This document shows, piece by piece, positions 1 to 13,091 of a DNA stretch of 64,000 nucleotides. The DNA lies in assembly GCA_015232565.1 (NCBI GenBank), contig JADFZK010000011.1, positions 358-64,357 of the forward strand, given 5' to 3'. A model generated the notes under the pieces. It made no database searches. It saw only the letters and a program-made list of their open reading frames with translations, and was not told where the DNA came from. Every line of letters begins with the position of its first letter. Within the stretch, counting starts at the first letter, position 1. The position numbers and the translations under genes were made by a program. Source of the DNA: Candidatus Omnitrophota bacterium. Lineage in GTDB: Bacteria; Omnitrophota; Gorgyraeia; Zapsychrales; Fredricksoniimonadaceae.

Positions 1-370
1 GATTTTGATTATTGCTTAGTTCGGGTGGTGGAATGATCCCTTTTCTAATAGAAAAGAGGTAGGGATCATTGCACCACCCTAAGATTTTGCTTTGTGAATA
101 TTATCAATATCCACGTTCACTGCACAACAATCACATTACCAATATGAAAAGAGGTGGGGATCATTGCACCACCCTAAGATCCTAGCATGTTAATTTGATC
201 AACATTCACATTCACTGAATAACAATCACCTTACCAAACATGAAAAGAGCAGGGGATCATTGCACCACCCTAAGATCCTAGCATGTTAATTTGATCAACA
301 TTCACATTCACTGAATAACAATCACCTTACCAAACATGAAAAGAGCAGGGGATCATTGCACCACCCTGCG
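1..370. repeat. Tandem array of ~96-bp units: unit1 61-155 (diverged), unit2 156-251 and unit3 252-347 (identical), partial unit4 348-370. Each unit carries the conserved 25-mer ggggatcattgcaccaccctaagat. An inverted partial copy of the motif (gggtggtggaatgatccc) lies at 24-41. The array probably continues beyond the window start.
   Basis: Direct inspection: the motif recurs at 62, 156, 252 and 348 with a 96-bp period; units 2 and 3 are identical; unit 1 is ~75% identical in the variable part; unit ends share atgaaaagag. Confidence 0.85.
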
Positions 371-455
371 GTCCTGCCTTGGGCTGAATCTCGAATTACA
401 ATACAACGAGGCAGGATATTAGCATACTTCGCCTGGGTGTCAAGCCCTGGCGCTA

Positions 456-3436
<2,981 letters not shown>

Positions 3437-3464
3437 AAGCCGCGCTCTGCTATTAAGCCCTGGT

Positions 3465-6400
3465 TTAAGCCTGTTCGGGGCCAGAAGATCTCTGGTAATA
3501 ACTCTGAAGCGATTCGACCGTGAAGCCTTCTTTTAAGCTGGCCTCAATGCCGTGTATTGCCGCCGCGGCGCCCTGGATGGTGGTAATGCAGGGGATATTG
3601 CGTAAAATAGCCGCCGCGCGGATCTTGCGCATATCGAACTGGCTTTTCTTGCCTGACGGCGTATTGATAACAAGATTTATCTCATCTTTCTGGATGAGTG
3701 TCAATATGTTGTTGTGGCCCTCGCCAGTCTTGTCTACCAGCGTGACCATGACGCCGCTGGTCCTTAAGACCTTGGCCGTGCCTTTGGTGGCGAACAACTT
3801 GAACCCCAGGTCGTGCAGGCGCTTGGCCATAAAAGCCACCGAACGCTTGTCGTTCTCGTTAACACTGATGAAAACGCCGCCCTTTTTGGGCAAACCCTGA
3901 TTGGCCGCCATCTGACTTTTGGCATACGCCGCGCCAAAAGTAGGCGCCATGCCCATAACCTCGCCGGTGGACTTCATTTCCGGTCCCAGGATGATGTCCA
4001 CGCCCGAAAAGCGCGAGAACGGCAGAACGCATTCCTTGACCGCCACCATGCCCAGGCGGTCGATATCCGGCAACTTAAAGCCCGACAGTTTCTCGCCGGC
4101 CATTATGCGCGCGGCCATCTTGGCCAGCGGCACGCCGATAGCCTTCGACACAAAAGGCACCGTGCGCGACGCCCGCGGATTAACTTCCAGAATAAAGACC
4201 TTCTCGCCTTTTACCGCGAACTGGATATTAAGCAGGCCGATGACTTTCAACGCCAGCGCAATACGGCGAGTGTGCTCTTTTATTTCCGCCAAAATCTCTT
4301 CGCTTAAGGTATGCGGCGGCAAAACACAGGCCGAATCACCCGAATGGATGCCCGCATTCTCAATATGCTCCATGATACCCGCCACGTAAACCTGCTCGCC
4401 GTCACAGACCGCGTCAACGTCGACTTCCATGGCGTCTTCGATGAACTTGTCGATCAAAATAGGATGGCCGCGCGAAACATCCGTGATCTCGTCGATAAAA
4501 GACATCAGGGACTCTTCGTCGTACACAATGCGCATCGCCCGGCCGCCCAGCACATAAGACGGGCGCACCAGGACCGGATACCCCACCCGCAAAGCCGCGG
4601 CAGCGGTTTCTTCCACAGTAGTAGCCGTGGCATTATTAGGCTGGCTGATCTTCAGCTCATCCATTAAAGCGGCGAATTTCTCGCGGTTTTCAGCGGTATC
4701 AATAGAGTCCACACTGGTGCCGATAATTGGCGCACCGGCCTGTTTCAGGCGGCGGGCCAGGTTCAGCGGAGTCTGCCCGCCAAACTGCACAATAACGCCG
4801 TCCGGCTTCTCGACATCCATAATATTCATTACATCTTCGAAAGTAAGCGGCTCGAAATAAAGGCGGTCGGAAGTATCGTAATCCGTAGACACGGTTTCCG
4901 GATTGGAATTAACCATGATGGTCTCGAAGCCCCGCTCCTTGAGCGCGAAAGCCGCGTGGCAGCAGCAATAATCAAATTCAATGCCCTGGCCGATACGGTT
5001 CGGGCCGCCGCCCAGGATCATGATCTTCCGGCGGGTAGTGCCTTTGGCCTGGGCTTTAGTAAGCTTTTCATTCTGCAGGATGGCCTCATCCTCGGTCTCG
5101 TAGGTAGAATAAAAATAAGGCGTATACGCTTCAAATTCCGCCGCGCAGGTATCCACCACTTTAAACGTGGCCACAATACCCTTTTGTTTGCGCAGGGTGC
5201 GCACCGCGCTCTCGGACATATCCATGATCTCGGCCAGCTGGGGATCGGAAAAACCCCACTCTTTGGCCTGACGCAAGGTTTTATCCGACAAGGTTTTGGC
5301 CGCGGCGAACTCGGCGATCATCTCGTTCTCAAAATCAAGCAACTGTTTCATCTGGGCGATGAACCAGATATCCATGCGCGTATGCTCGACCACCTGGTCT
5401 ACAGTCATGCCGCTCTGCAGGGCATACTTGATGTAAAAGATCCGCGACGCGTTCGGTTCACGCAAGCGCTGTAGCAGCTTGGCTTCCTCGATATTGCGAT
5501 AATCGGTCTTGTTGTCAAAACCGATATGATGTATTTCCAGCCCCCGCAAACCCTTTTGCAAAGACTCCTTGAAAGTCCGGCCGATGGCCATGGTCTCGCC
5601 GACCGACTTCATTTGAATGCCCAGCACATCCTGGGCTTCGGGGAATTTCTCGAAAGTAAAGCGCGGGATCTTGGTAACACAATAATCTATGGCCGGCTCG
5701 AACGAAGCCGGGGTTTCGCGGGTAATATCGTTCTGGATCTCGTCGAGCGAATAGCCCACCGCCAGCTTGGCCGCAAACTTGGCGATCGGAAAGCCCGTCG
5801 CCTTGGACGCCAGCGCGGAAGAGCGCGAAACGCGCGGGTTCATTTCAATTACCACCATCCGGCCGGTCTTGGGATGCACCGCGAACTGGATATTGGAACC
5901 GCCGGTTTCAACCCCGATCTCGCGGATAAGCGCCAGCGACTGGTCGCGCATCTGCTGGTATTCGCGGTCGGTCAGGGTTTGCGCCGGCGCCACGGTAATG
6001 GAATCACCGGTATGCACGCCCATGGGGTCGATGTTCTCGATAGCGCAAACAATGACCACATTGTCCTTGTTATCGCGCATTACCTCCAGCTCAAATTCTT
6101 TCCAGCCCTCGATGGATTCTTCAATAAGGATTTCCGAGATCATACTGCTGTCAATACCGCGCTGGGCCTTGACGTCGAAATCCTCGCGGGAATAAACAAT
6201 GGAACCGCCCGTGCCGCCCAACGTAAAGCTGGAGCGGATAATACACGGGAACCCGATCTCTTTAACGACCTCGCGGGCTTCGTCCAGAGTATAAGCAAAA
6301 GAACTGCGCGGCAAGTCCAGGCCGATGCTCTGGCAAGCCTGCTTGAACTGTTTGCGGTCCTCGGCCTTTTTAATGACCTCGTACCTGGCACCCAGCATTT

Positions 6401-6740
6401 CCACGTTATATTTCTTAAGAATGCCTTTTTCCCACAGCTCAACCGCCAGGTTAAGGCCGGTCTGGCCGCCCAAAGTCGGCAGGATAGCATCCGGGCGTTC
6501 CTTAATAATGATCTTTTCCAGGAACTCGACGTTAAGCGGCTCAATATAGGTATGCGGTGCGGTTTCCGGATCGGTCATGATAGTGGCCGGATTGGAATTA
6601 ACCAGCACGATCTCGAAACCCTCTTCGCGCAAAGCCTTGCAAGCCTGGGTACCGGAATAATCAAATTCACAGGCCTGGCCGATCACGATGGGGCCGGAAC
6701 CGATGAGGAGGATCTTTTTAATGTCAGTGCGTTTGGGCAT
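3465..6740 (-). CDS. carB: Carbamoyl-phosphate synthase large subunit
   Basis: 1091 aa. Duplicated ATP-grasp halves, oligomerisation domain and MGS-like C-terminus; typical CarB length. Confidence 0.97.
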   Translation of the reverse strand: MPKRTDIKKILLIGSGPIVIGQACEFDYSGTQACKALREEGFEIVLVNSNPATIMTDPETAPHTYIEPLNVEFLEKIIIKERPDAILPTLGGQTGLNLAVELWEKGILKKYNVEMLGARYEVIKKAEDRKQFKQACQSIGLDLPRSSFAYTLDEAREVVKEIGFPCIIRSSFTLGGTGGSIVYSREDFDVKAQRGIDSSMISEILIEESIEGWKEFELEVMRDNKDNVVIVCAIENIDPMGVHTGDSITVAPAQTLTDREYQQMRDQSLALIREIGVETGGSNIQFAVHPKTGRMVVIEMNPRVSRSSALASKATGFPIAKFAAKLAVGYSLDEIQNDITRETPASFEPAIDYCVTKIPRFTFEKFPEAQDVLGIQMKSVGETMAIGRTFKESLQKGLRGLEIHHIGFDNKTDYRNIEEAKLLQRLREPNASRIFYIKYALQSGMTVDQVVEHTRMDIWFIAQMKQLLDFENEMIAEFAAAKTLSDKTLRQAKEWGFSDPQLAEIMDMSESAVRTLRKQKGIVATFKVVDTCAAEFEAYTPYFYSTYETEDEAILQNEKLTKAQAKGTTRRKIMILGGGPNRIGQGIEFDYCCCHAAFALKERGFETIMVNSNPETVSTDYDTSDRLYFEPLTFEDVMNIMDVEKPDGVIVQFGGQTPLNLARRLKQAGAPIIGTSVDSIDTAENREKFAALMDELKISQPNNATATTVEETAAAALRVGYPVLVRPSYVLGGRAMRIVYDEESLMSFIDEITDVSRGHPILIDKFIEDAMEVDVDAVCDGEQVYVAGIMEHIENAGIHSGDSACVLPPHTLSEEILAEIKEHTRRIALALKVIGLLNIQFAVKGEKVFILEVNPRASRTVPFVSKAIGVPLAKMAARIMAGEKLSGFKLPDIDRLGMVAVKECVLPFSRFSGVDIILGPEMKSTGEVMGMAPTFGAAYAKSQMAANQGLPKKGGVFISVNENDKRSVAFMAKRLHDLGFKLFATKGTAKVLRTSGVMVTLVDKTGEGHNNILTLIQKDEINLVINTPSGKKSQFDMRKIRAAAILRNIPCITTIQGAAAAIHGIEASLKEGFTVESLQSYYQRSSGPEQA

Positions 6741-6753
6741 AATAAAAGGACTG

Positions 6754-7854
6754 TTACCCTTTTTTCAGGGTGAATTTTTCCATCATTTCAATGAAACGGC
6801 CAAATAAATATTTCGCGTCGTTAGGCCCCGGCGCCGCTTCCGGATGATATTGCACGGAAAATAACGGATATTTCTTATGGCGCAGGCCTTCGACCGTCTT
6901 GTCGTTAAGATTAATATGTATCGCCTCAACTTCAGCTTTATTCAAACTGTTTATGTCTACACAAAACCCATGGTTCTGGGAGGTAATGCTAATACGCCCG
7001 GTCTCCAGGTCTTTCACCGGATGGTTACAGCCGTGGTGCCCGAACTTGAGCTTATAGGTGCGGCCGCCCAGCGCCAGGCCGATCATCTGATTACCCAGAC
7101 AAATGCCGAATATCGGCTTTTTTCCGATCAGTTCCCGGACGGTGGCAATAACATTGGTGACCGCGGCTGGATCGCCCGGGCCATTAGCCAGGAAGATGCC
7201 GTCGGGATCGGCCGCCAGGATATCGGCGGCGCTGGTAGTAGGCGGAACCACGCTGGTTTCAATGCCCAGCCTGGCCATTTCGCGCAGAATATTCAACTTG
7301 ATACCGCAATCGATAGCCGTCACCCGGTACTTCTTCTGGCCTTCGGCTTTCCATACATACGGCTTTTTGGTAGCCACTTCCTTGACCCAGTCGGCGCCTT
7401 CCATGGACGGCACCTTGGCCAGCTTGACCTTGAGGCTCCGGGGATCGAAATCGTCGGTGGAAATAAGGCCCTTCATAGCGCCCGCCACCCGTAAATGACG
7501 GGTAAGCGCGCGCGTATCCACGCCTTCAATACCGATGACCTTGTTCTCGTCCAGGTATTGAATAAGGCCTTTATTAGCCCGGAAATTGGAATAGGTGCGG
7601 CAGAATTCCTTGACCACGAAACCCTTCACATGCACCCGGGAGGATTCCACGTCTTCATCGTTAATGCCGTAATTGCCAATAAGGGGGTAGGTCATCACCA
7701 CGATCTGCCCGGCATAGGAAGGATCGGTAAGGACTTCCTGATAACCGGACAGGGCGGTATTAAAAACAACTTCGCCGGCCGATTCTCCGTGGATATTCAG
7801 GGATCTGCCGTAAAAACATTTGCCGTCTTCGAGGTAAAGGACTGCTTCTTTCAT
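6754..7854 (-). CDS. carA: Carbamoyl-phosphate synthase small subunit (glutamine amidotransferase)
   Basis: 366 aa. CPSase small-chain N-domain plus GATase (GICLGNQ); immediately upstream of carB. Confidence 0.96.
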   Translation of the reverse strand: MKEAVLYLEDGKCFYGRSLNIHGESAGEVVFNTALSGYQEVLTDPSYAGQIVVMTYPLIGNYGINDEDVESSRVHVKGFVVKEFCRTYSNFRANKGLIQYLDENKVIGIEGVDTRALTRHLRVAGAMKGLISTDDFDPRSLKVKLAKVPSMEGADWVKEVATKKPYVWKAEGQKKYRVTAIDCGIKLNILREMARLGIETSVVPPTTSAADILAADPDGIFLANGPGDPAAVTNVIATVRELIGKKPIFGICLGNQMIGLALGGRTYKLKFGHHGCNHPVKDLETGRISITSQNHGFCVDINSLNKAEVEAIHINLNDKTVEGLRHKKYPLFSVQYHPEAAPGPNDAKYLFGRFIEMMEKFTLKKG

Positions 7855-7915
7855 CTGCGACTATTCTTATTTAGAGGAGTCAAAATAGGAGGAAAATCCT
7901 TCCCAAAACTTGCAC

Positions 7916-7944
7916 TACTATAACACCGTTTTTCTTTATGTCAA
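7916..7944 (-). promoter_or_regulatory. Sigma70-like promoter of the carA-carB-purF-pyrG operon: -35 TTGACA (7944..7939), 17-bp spacer, -10 TATAGT (7921..7916).
   Basis: Minus strand reads TTGACAtaaagaaaaacggtgtTATAGT, about 60 nt upstream of the carA ATG. Confidence 0.55.
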
Positions 7945-8206
7945 GGCGGGCAAAAATGAATGTGAATTCCCAGAGTAAACACCAAATACTGCCCCATTTG
8001 CTCCTTCTTCGTGGCCCTGGATCCTTTCTGTCCACTATCCCCAAAAATCAGCACGTAAAAACAACCACGTCGACAAAATCTTTATTATCAGACGCTATGA
8101 AATTAAACGGGCTTCCGAGGAATGCGCACCTAATCGTGCACTAATCATGCAAATCGTGAATGATTGAGGGAAAACATATTTGACAGCCCGCCGAAGCGCG
8201 CCCCTG

Positions 8207-8258
8207 AGCCCTTGTTGAACCCATTATGAGCCCTTTGAGCCCTTTATGAGCCCTTTCC
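8207..8258. repeat. Short tandem GAGCCCTT(T) repeat: 4 copies at 9/12-bp spacing overlapping the stop codon of the DUF4062 gene. It encodes the KGS/KGL C-terminal tail.
   Basis: gagcccttt at 8228, 8237 and 8249, plus gagccctt at 8207. Confidence 0.6.
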
Positions 8259-9705
8259 CTTTCAAATGATATGCTGTTCCTCTCCCAGTAACGCCAAGCC
8301 TCTCAATAACCCCTTTCTTCAAAAGATCCATCAAATCCCGAGTAGCTGTAGCCTTGGAAGCGCCAGACATCTCCCTATAATCATTATTCGTAATCTGACC
8401 ATTCTTCTTAATTAACTTTACGGCCCGCATTTGCCTTTCATTCAACCCCATACTCAAAAGAACGGCATCCGTTAACACATCCCGGGAAATGATCGTCTTA
8501 AACTCCAAATTCCTCACCGAAACAAACTCCGGCTCCGGCAAACCGGCTTCTTTACATTGCCTGATGATCTCCATTGTCCCGGATCCGGCCTCCTGAACGT
8601 AATTCCCGTAAAACATGACCGATGCCAGTCGCGGATTGGCAGGATGCGATGTGTGCGTCTTTTTCAGGTCTTCCAGCTTGAGACTTGGCGGCAGTGTCCC
8701 CGAATTCAACACCTCCACGCGATCAAGAAAGACCATAACCTGTACTGCCGATGTCGTGTTGTAATTTCGATGCACGACGGCATTAATAATCGCCTCCTCA
8801 ATGGCAAACGACGGTATCTCCAACGGACGACTGACTTGAGCTGTGTTTTCCTGCTGAATCACCGGCAAACGGATAGCATCAAACACAAACCCGACCGCTT
8901 TGTCCACCTGCTCAAAAAGATTGCCCTCGTAAATATGATACGACGCGAACGGCTTCTGAACCTCGATGCTTGAAAACTGGATGCATTTAATCTTAGCCTG
9001 ATCAAAGAACTTGCGCGGTTCTTTGCCAAATAACAAAATCGCGGCATTGGTCAGTTTTCCATCTTTCAACAGCTTCCAATGAGTAAAGACATCTTCGGTA
9101 GACGCATCTACCGAGATCGGATAATTGCGCTTTTCCCTGGCGGTTCGCAAACACCACTTCACCTTATCCTCGTCAATATCTGAAAACTTAGCACCCTCGC
9201 ATATGCGCTGATCAAACTCGGCCCGGCTAACCACTCCCTGTGCTTTTAAGAACGTGATCAGGCTTTCATAAACGAAGTCAGTTAATTCAACCGTCGAATT
9301 GTAGCGACGATAACTGTAGCCAGACCTTGAGTCTTTGATCTCTTTGATGAGTTTCTGGACGCCTGCCTCGCGCTTCTTGTCGTTTGCGCCATTCTCGCCC
9401 TTGATGTAGAACAAAATCTCTTTATGATGCTTCTGGGCTTCCCGGAACTCCGCCTCCGTAGGCGACACCTCTGCGCCCTTGGAACCGCCATAACGATCAC
9501 CAAGCAACCCAATGTAAACATCACTTCCTCTGACCTCATTAAGATACGCGGTCTCGGGAGATTTTCCCTGTGCTGGCGCGTCCTCAAACAAGAACACATC
9601 GAAATGCTACGACAACAGCACATCGCCAAGAACGGACACCTTCACTGCCCGCCTCTCGGCTTTCAGATCCTTCTGCACTCCGCTAATGAAAACTTTATAT
9701 TTCAT
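8224..9705 (-). pseudogene. DUF4062 / Schlafen-like AlbA_2 divergent AAA / HATPase_c_4 (RecG-C-terminal-like) protein. The reading frame is interrupted by an in-frame TAG at 9609..9607 after codon 33. The ORF track restarts at GTG 9597.
   Basis: Minus strand from ATG 9705 translates MKYKVFISGVQKDLKAERRAVKVSVLGDVLLS*HFDVFLFEDAPAQ...DVYIGLLGDRYGG, a canonical DUF4062 N-terminus split by the amber codon. The C-terminal ASVMFYGNYVQEAGSGTMEI motif fits HATPase_c_4. Lower GC than flanking genes. Confidence 0.7.
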
Positions 9706-9843
9706 AATTTCTTCCACTCAATAGTGGTTGATTTGGCATCGCCGATGTATCGATTCCATACTTATTTCTCGCCTATAGTTTGCTCGAAATCAAAAACAAT
9801 TTGTTTCTTATTCATTGGTCACCCTTAGTGTCTATTTGTTGTT

Positions 9844-12480
9844 CTAATGGCCCAGGCGTTTTTTGTTGGCCAGGTAATTGGCCTCGCCGAGGATCTTGCG
9901 GGCCAGGGCGTCCTTGTTCTGGCCATTATCAAAATCGTAGTCCATGACCGCCAGATAGCTCAGCAGATTGCCGAACGGGGACTGCAGCATTTCCGGGCTG
10001 GAGGAGGACAGCGCGTCGATCTTGCTGACATATTCACCCGGAGAATGGCCTATACGGATACCTTCCTTGCGGAAACGGTCGATGAATTCCGAAACGGTCA
10101 ACAGCTTTACCTCCCGGTCGATGATCTGCGCCCAGGAGCGCGAGGAACGTTCCAGCGCCTGCCAAAGTTCATTGATACCCACGATAGTTTCCGGAAGCGG
10201 AGTTTCTGCGGCCGCGGCACCAGCAGCTTTGGAAGCCAGCACTTCACTCTCCACCTCTTTGCCCAGCCGGCGGCGCACCTCCTGCTGATAAGCGGCATTG
10301 AGTGCGGCGCGTTTTTGCTGGACCGCGGCATTCTGATACGCCGCATGGGCCAGTAATTGCCTCTCGGTAGTCTCCTGCACCGCTTGCGCCGCCTGGGCCT
10401 GCATAAGGGCATTGCGCTTGGCGGCATATTCCGCGTACTGCCGGATCTCGCCGTTCAACTGCGCCTGGGTTTGCGCTTCCTTATACGCCTTCATTTCCTG
10501 AGCCTGTTTATACGCGTTCAATTCCGCCGCGTTCCGGTAGGCCGCCGCCTGCTGATATTGCGCCGCTTCCATTCCCTGCTTTTGCGCCACCGCCTGAACC
10601 ACTTGCGCGGCCTGTTCTTCTTCGGCTTTCTTTTTGGCCATGGCCATTTCCATAGCCTGCTTTTGAATGGCATATTCTTCCGCGGCTTTTTGCGCGACTG
10701 CCTCTTGATACTGCCGCTGGGCCACCGCCTGCTTGTACGCCTCAACCTGCTGGGCCTGCTGATACGCCGCCATTTGCTGAGCCTGCTGTTGCTGCATCAT
10801 TTGCTGTTGGTACTGCTGGGCGGCCTGGGCCTGCATTTGTTTTTGTTGCTGGACCCGGCGCTGAACCGCCGCGGCGGCGTGCGCGGAAGAAGCCTGGCAC
10901 AAAAAAGGGATCAACAAGATAAATAGCGCAGGCTTTTTAAAACCCGCGAACAGCGAACGGAATTTGGCCAGGAAGCTTATCATAGAAATTATTATAACAA
11001 AGGCCAGGCACGCCCATACAAAAACATCGCCAAATTTGGTATGGAAAGTGCTCCCGCTGGCCAGCGGAATGTCCAGGGCGGTCCAGCCGGTAGATTGCAA
11101 AGCGACTGCTTTTAGTACCCGGCCGCGGGAATCAAAACCCGCACTCCAGCCGGTATTCGCCGCGCGCACCAGCGGCCGGCCGGTCTCCACCGCGCGAAAA
11201 ACTGCCAGCGCCCCATGCATCATTAAAGCTTCCGGCCGCTGAAACCAGCCGTCGTTAAGAACGCTTATGAAGAACCCGGCATTTCGCAAAGCCAGGTCCC
11301 GGGCCAGCGCCGGATATCCTTCCTCAGAACAGATCAGCAACCCGGCGCTGATCTTGTTATCACCCAAAGCAAATAACCCGCGCCGATCACCGGGTAAAAA
11401 ATGATAACTTCCCATCCCGGCAGTACGGGCCAGCCAGACCGAAAATGGATCACTGGGTAAATATTCGCTAAAAGGCACCAGATGGCGCTTGTAATAAATG
11501 TCCCGCCATTGGCCCCGCCGGTCCAGAAGCAGTAAAGCATTAAGATCGTGGTCGTCCTCGGAAAGCAGGGCCGAACCCAGGACGAACCCCACGTTCAGGT
11601 TGCGCGCTACCATTTCGATCCGCGGCCGCCAGAGCGGATCGCGCAAAATATCATCGGGAAAAGCGGTCTCGGGCCAAATAACAATATCGGGCCGGGCCGC
11701 CTGCACGGCTTTCTTGCTGAGGATCAAATGCCGTCCGACATTTTCGTTATACAACGCAACGTTGGCCTTGTCCGCCCGAGAGATATTGGGCTGTACCAAC
11801 ACCACGCGCAAGCGCTGACCGGCCGGTAGGCCCTCCGTCATCATAACCCCCGAACCAATAAAGCCCACAATAAAGGGAAAGGTGATCATCAACCAAAAGA
11901 ACGGCGCTCTTATGACGCCCGACCTCTTCTGCCTGATCAGCAAGAACAGCCCGGTAGAAAAAAAGAGCAACAGCCAGCTGACCGCGTAGACCCCCCCAAA
12001 ACGCGCAGCCTGCACCAGCTCAGGGATCATGGCCTGGGAAACCCCCAGTCCCCAGGTAAAACCACCCAGCAATTGATTGCGTAAATATTCACTAACGACC
12101 CAGGCACAAGGCAGAAAGAACAGGTCGCTGACCCAACTGCGTCGCTCAACGAGGCTCAAGACCGCAAAAAGCGCACCCTGCAAAGCCAGCGCCAGAACCA
12201 GAACCACATAACCTGCCAGCGATACCGGCACCAGCCACCAGAGCAACAAACCATACGCCGCCACACCCCAAGCGAATCCCAGCCCGACCTTAAGCCGCCA
12301 GCCCTTACCCTCCAGTAAAAACAAAAGGGGGATGGCCATCAGCCACCCCCCGATAAATAAACCGTTAATGAATATCAAATTAGAAAACGAAAGCCAAAAC
12401 AAAACCGCCGATAACGCTAAAAACAAAAAAATAGTGTTTAGCATAAGCTTCCCGGGCCAGGTGAAGCGCTCTCCAGCCAC
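9844..12480 (-). CDS. lnt: Apolipoprotein N-acyltransferase (Lnt; 8 TM helices plus CN-hydrolase domain, ~aa 1-500) continuing in frame into a signal-peptide-like hydrophobic segment, a ~190-aa Q/A-rich coiled-coil region and a ~150-aa C-terminal domain of unknown function.
   Basis: 878-aa ORF with no stop between the Lnt C-terminal TM helix and the extension. An internal ATG at 10983 begins MISFLAKFRSLFAGFKKPALFILLIPFLCQASSAHA (signal-peptide-like). Q/A-rich repeats (YQQAQ, AYKQA) span 10300-10890. The stop codon is TAG at 9844-9846. Confidence 0.75.
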   Translation of the reverse strand: MAGERFTWPGKLMLNTIFLFLALSAVLFWLSFSNLIFINGLFIGGWLMAIPLLFLLEGKGWRLKVGLGFAWGVAAYGLLLWWLVPVSLAGYVVLVLALALQGALFAVLSLVERRSWVSDLFFLPCAWVVSEYLRNQLLGGFTWGLGVSQAMIPELVQAARFGGVYAVSWLLLFFSTGLFLLIRQKRSGVIRAPFFWLMITFPFIVGFIGSGVMMTEGLPAGQRLRVVLVQPNISRADKANVALYNENVGRHLILSKKAVQAARPDIVIWPETAFPDDILRDPLWRPRIEMVARNLNVGFVLGSALLSEDDHDLNALLLLDRRGQWRDIYYKRHLVPFSEYLPSDPFSVWLARTAGMGSYHFLPGDRRGLFALGDNKISAGLLICSEEGYPALARDLALRNAGFFISVLNDGWFQRPEALMMHGALAVFRAVETGRPLVRAANTGWSAGFDSRGRVLKAVALQSTGWTALDIPLASGSTFHTKFGDVFVWACLAFVIIISMISFLAKFRSLFAGFKKPALFILLIPFLCQASSAHAAAAVQRRVQQQKQMQAQAAQQYQQQMMQQQQAQQMAAYQQAQQVEAYKQAVAQRQYQEAVAQKAAEEYAIQKQAMEMAMAKKKAEEEQAAQVVQAVAQKQGMEAAQYQQAAAYRNAAELNAYKQAQEMKAYKEAQTQAQLNGEIRQYAEYAAKRNALMQAQAAQAVQETTERQLLAHAAYQNAAVQQKRAALNAAYQQEVRRRLGKEVESEVLASKAAGAAAAETPLPETIVGINELWQALERSSRSWAQIIDREVKLLTVSEFIDRFRKEGIRIGHSPGEYVSKIDALSSSSPEMLQSPFGNLLSYLAVMDYDFDNGQNKDALARKILGEANYLANKKRLGH

Positions 12481-12483
12481 CGC

Positions 12484-13056
12484 TTACTGCCCGGCGGGAA
12501 CGGCCGGTTGAGCGCTAACAGGTACTGCGTCCAGGGCTTTTTGCGCATCCGCCGCCGCATTGGCAGTGGCCGCATCTTCCGACTTTTGCTTGGCCGCCTG
12601 CACCAGCCCCGCCAAAAGCACCGCCGCGCGCTTTACGCCATCCTGATCCTGCTTGGCATTGAATATTTCCACGCTCCGGCGGGCCGCCTGAATGGCCGGC
12701 ATATCCTGCCCGGCGCCTTCATGTGCCACCGCCAACAAGTAATATGCCAAACCATTATCGGGAAACTGCCGCGCCGCAGTGGACAACACCGAGATCGCCT
12801 GGGGATACTGCTTTAAATGCACAAAAGTCTCGCTCAACATAAAATAACCTTCAAAATCACCGGGGGCGGCCTTGATCGCAGTGGCAAAACTCCCAACTGC
12901 GTTTTTAATATCACCCTGCTTCAAATATACCGTACCCTCCACGAGCAATTTCTTGGCCACCGCATTGTTTGCCGGTTCCGCTACCGCCGCTTCCTTCTTC
13001 GCGCAACCGGTGAATAACAGCCCCGCGATCAACAACATTGCCATGGATCTTTTCAT
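12484..13056 (-). CDS. TPR-repeat lipoprotein (signal peptide with LFTGC lipobox)
   Basis: 190 aa. MKRSMAMLLIAGLLFTGC, then TPR-like helices and an Ala-rich C-terminus. 4-nt gap to lnt. Confidence 0.7.
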   Translation of the reverse strand: MKRSMAMLLIAGLLFTGCAKKEAAVAEPANNAVAKKLLVEGTVYLKQGDIKNAVGSFATAIKAAPGDFEGYFMLSETFVHLKQYPQAISVLSTAARQFPDNGLAYYLLAVAHEGAGQDMPAIQAARRSVEIFNAKQDQDGVKRAAVLLAGLVQAAKQKSEDAATANAAADAQKALDAVPVSAQPAVPAGQ

Positions 13057-13091
13057 GCTACCTCCTGGTTTTTTACGCTCCCGGGGAGCTT

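Noticed and set aside
1-370. CRISPR array interpretation of the repeated 25-mer
   Set aside because: The sequences between the conserved motifs are homologous to each other (units 2 and 3 identical, unit 1 ~75% identical) rather than unique spacers. The unit length (96 bp) and the lack of cas genes nearby also argue against it. Classified as a tandem repeat.
7938-8144. 68-aa plus-strand ORF in the carA upstream intergenic region
   Set aside because: It overlaps the predicted carA promoter, has no recognisable features and shows no SD. It is likely spurious, though a small basic protein cannot be excluded.
9282-9629. 115-aa minus-strand ORF (MAMCCCRSISMCS...) overlapping the DUF4062 gene N-terminus
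   Set aside because: It is an out-of-frame overlap with a Cys/Arg-rich junk-like composition. The in-frame reading through the TAG gives a perfect DUF4062 N-terminus instead.
10357-10926. 189-aa plus-strand Leu/His/Arg-rich ORF
   Set aside because: It is the antisense of the Q/A-rich repeat region of the lnt-linked ORF (GCN/CAG codons mirrored), a low-complexity artefact.
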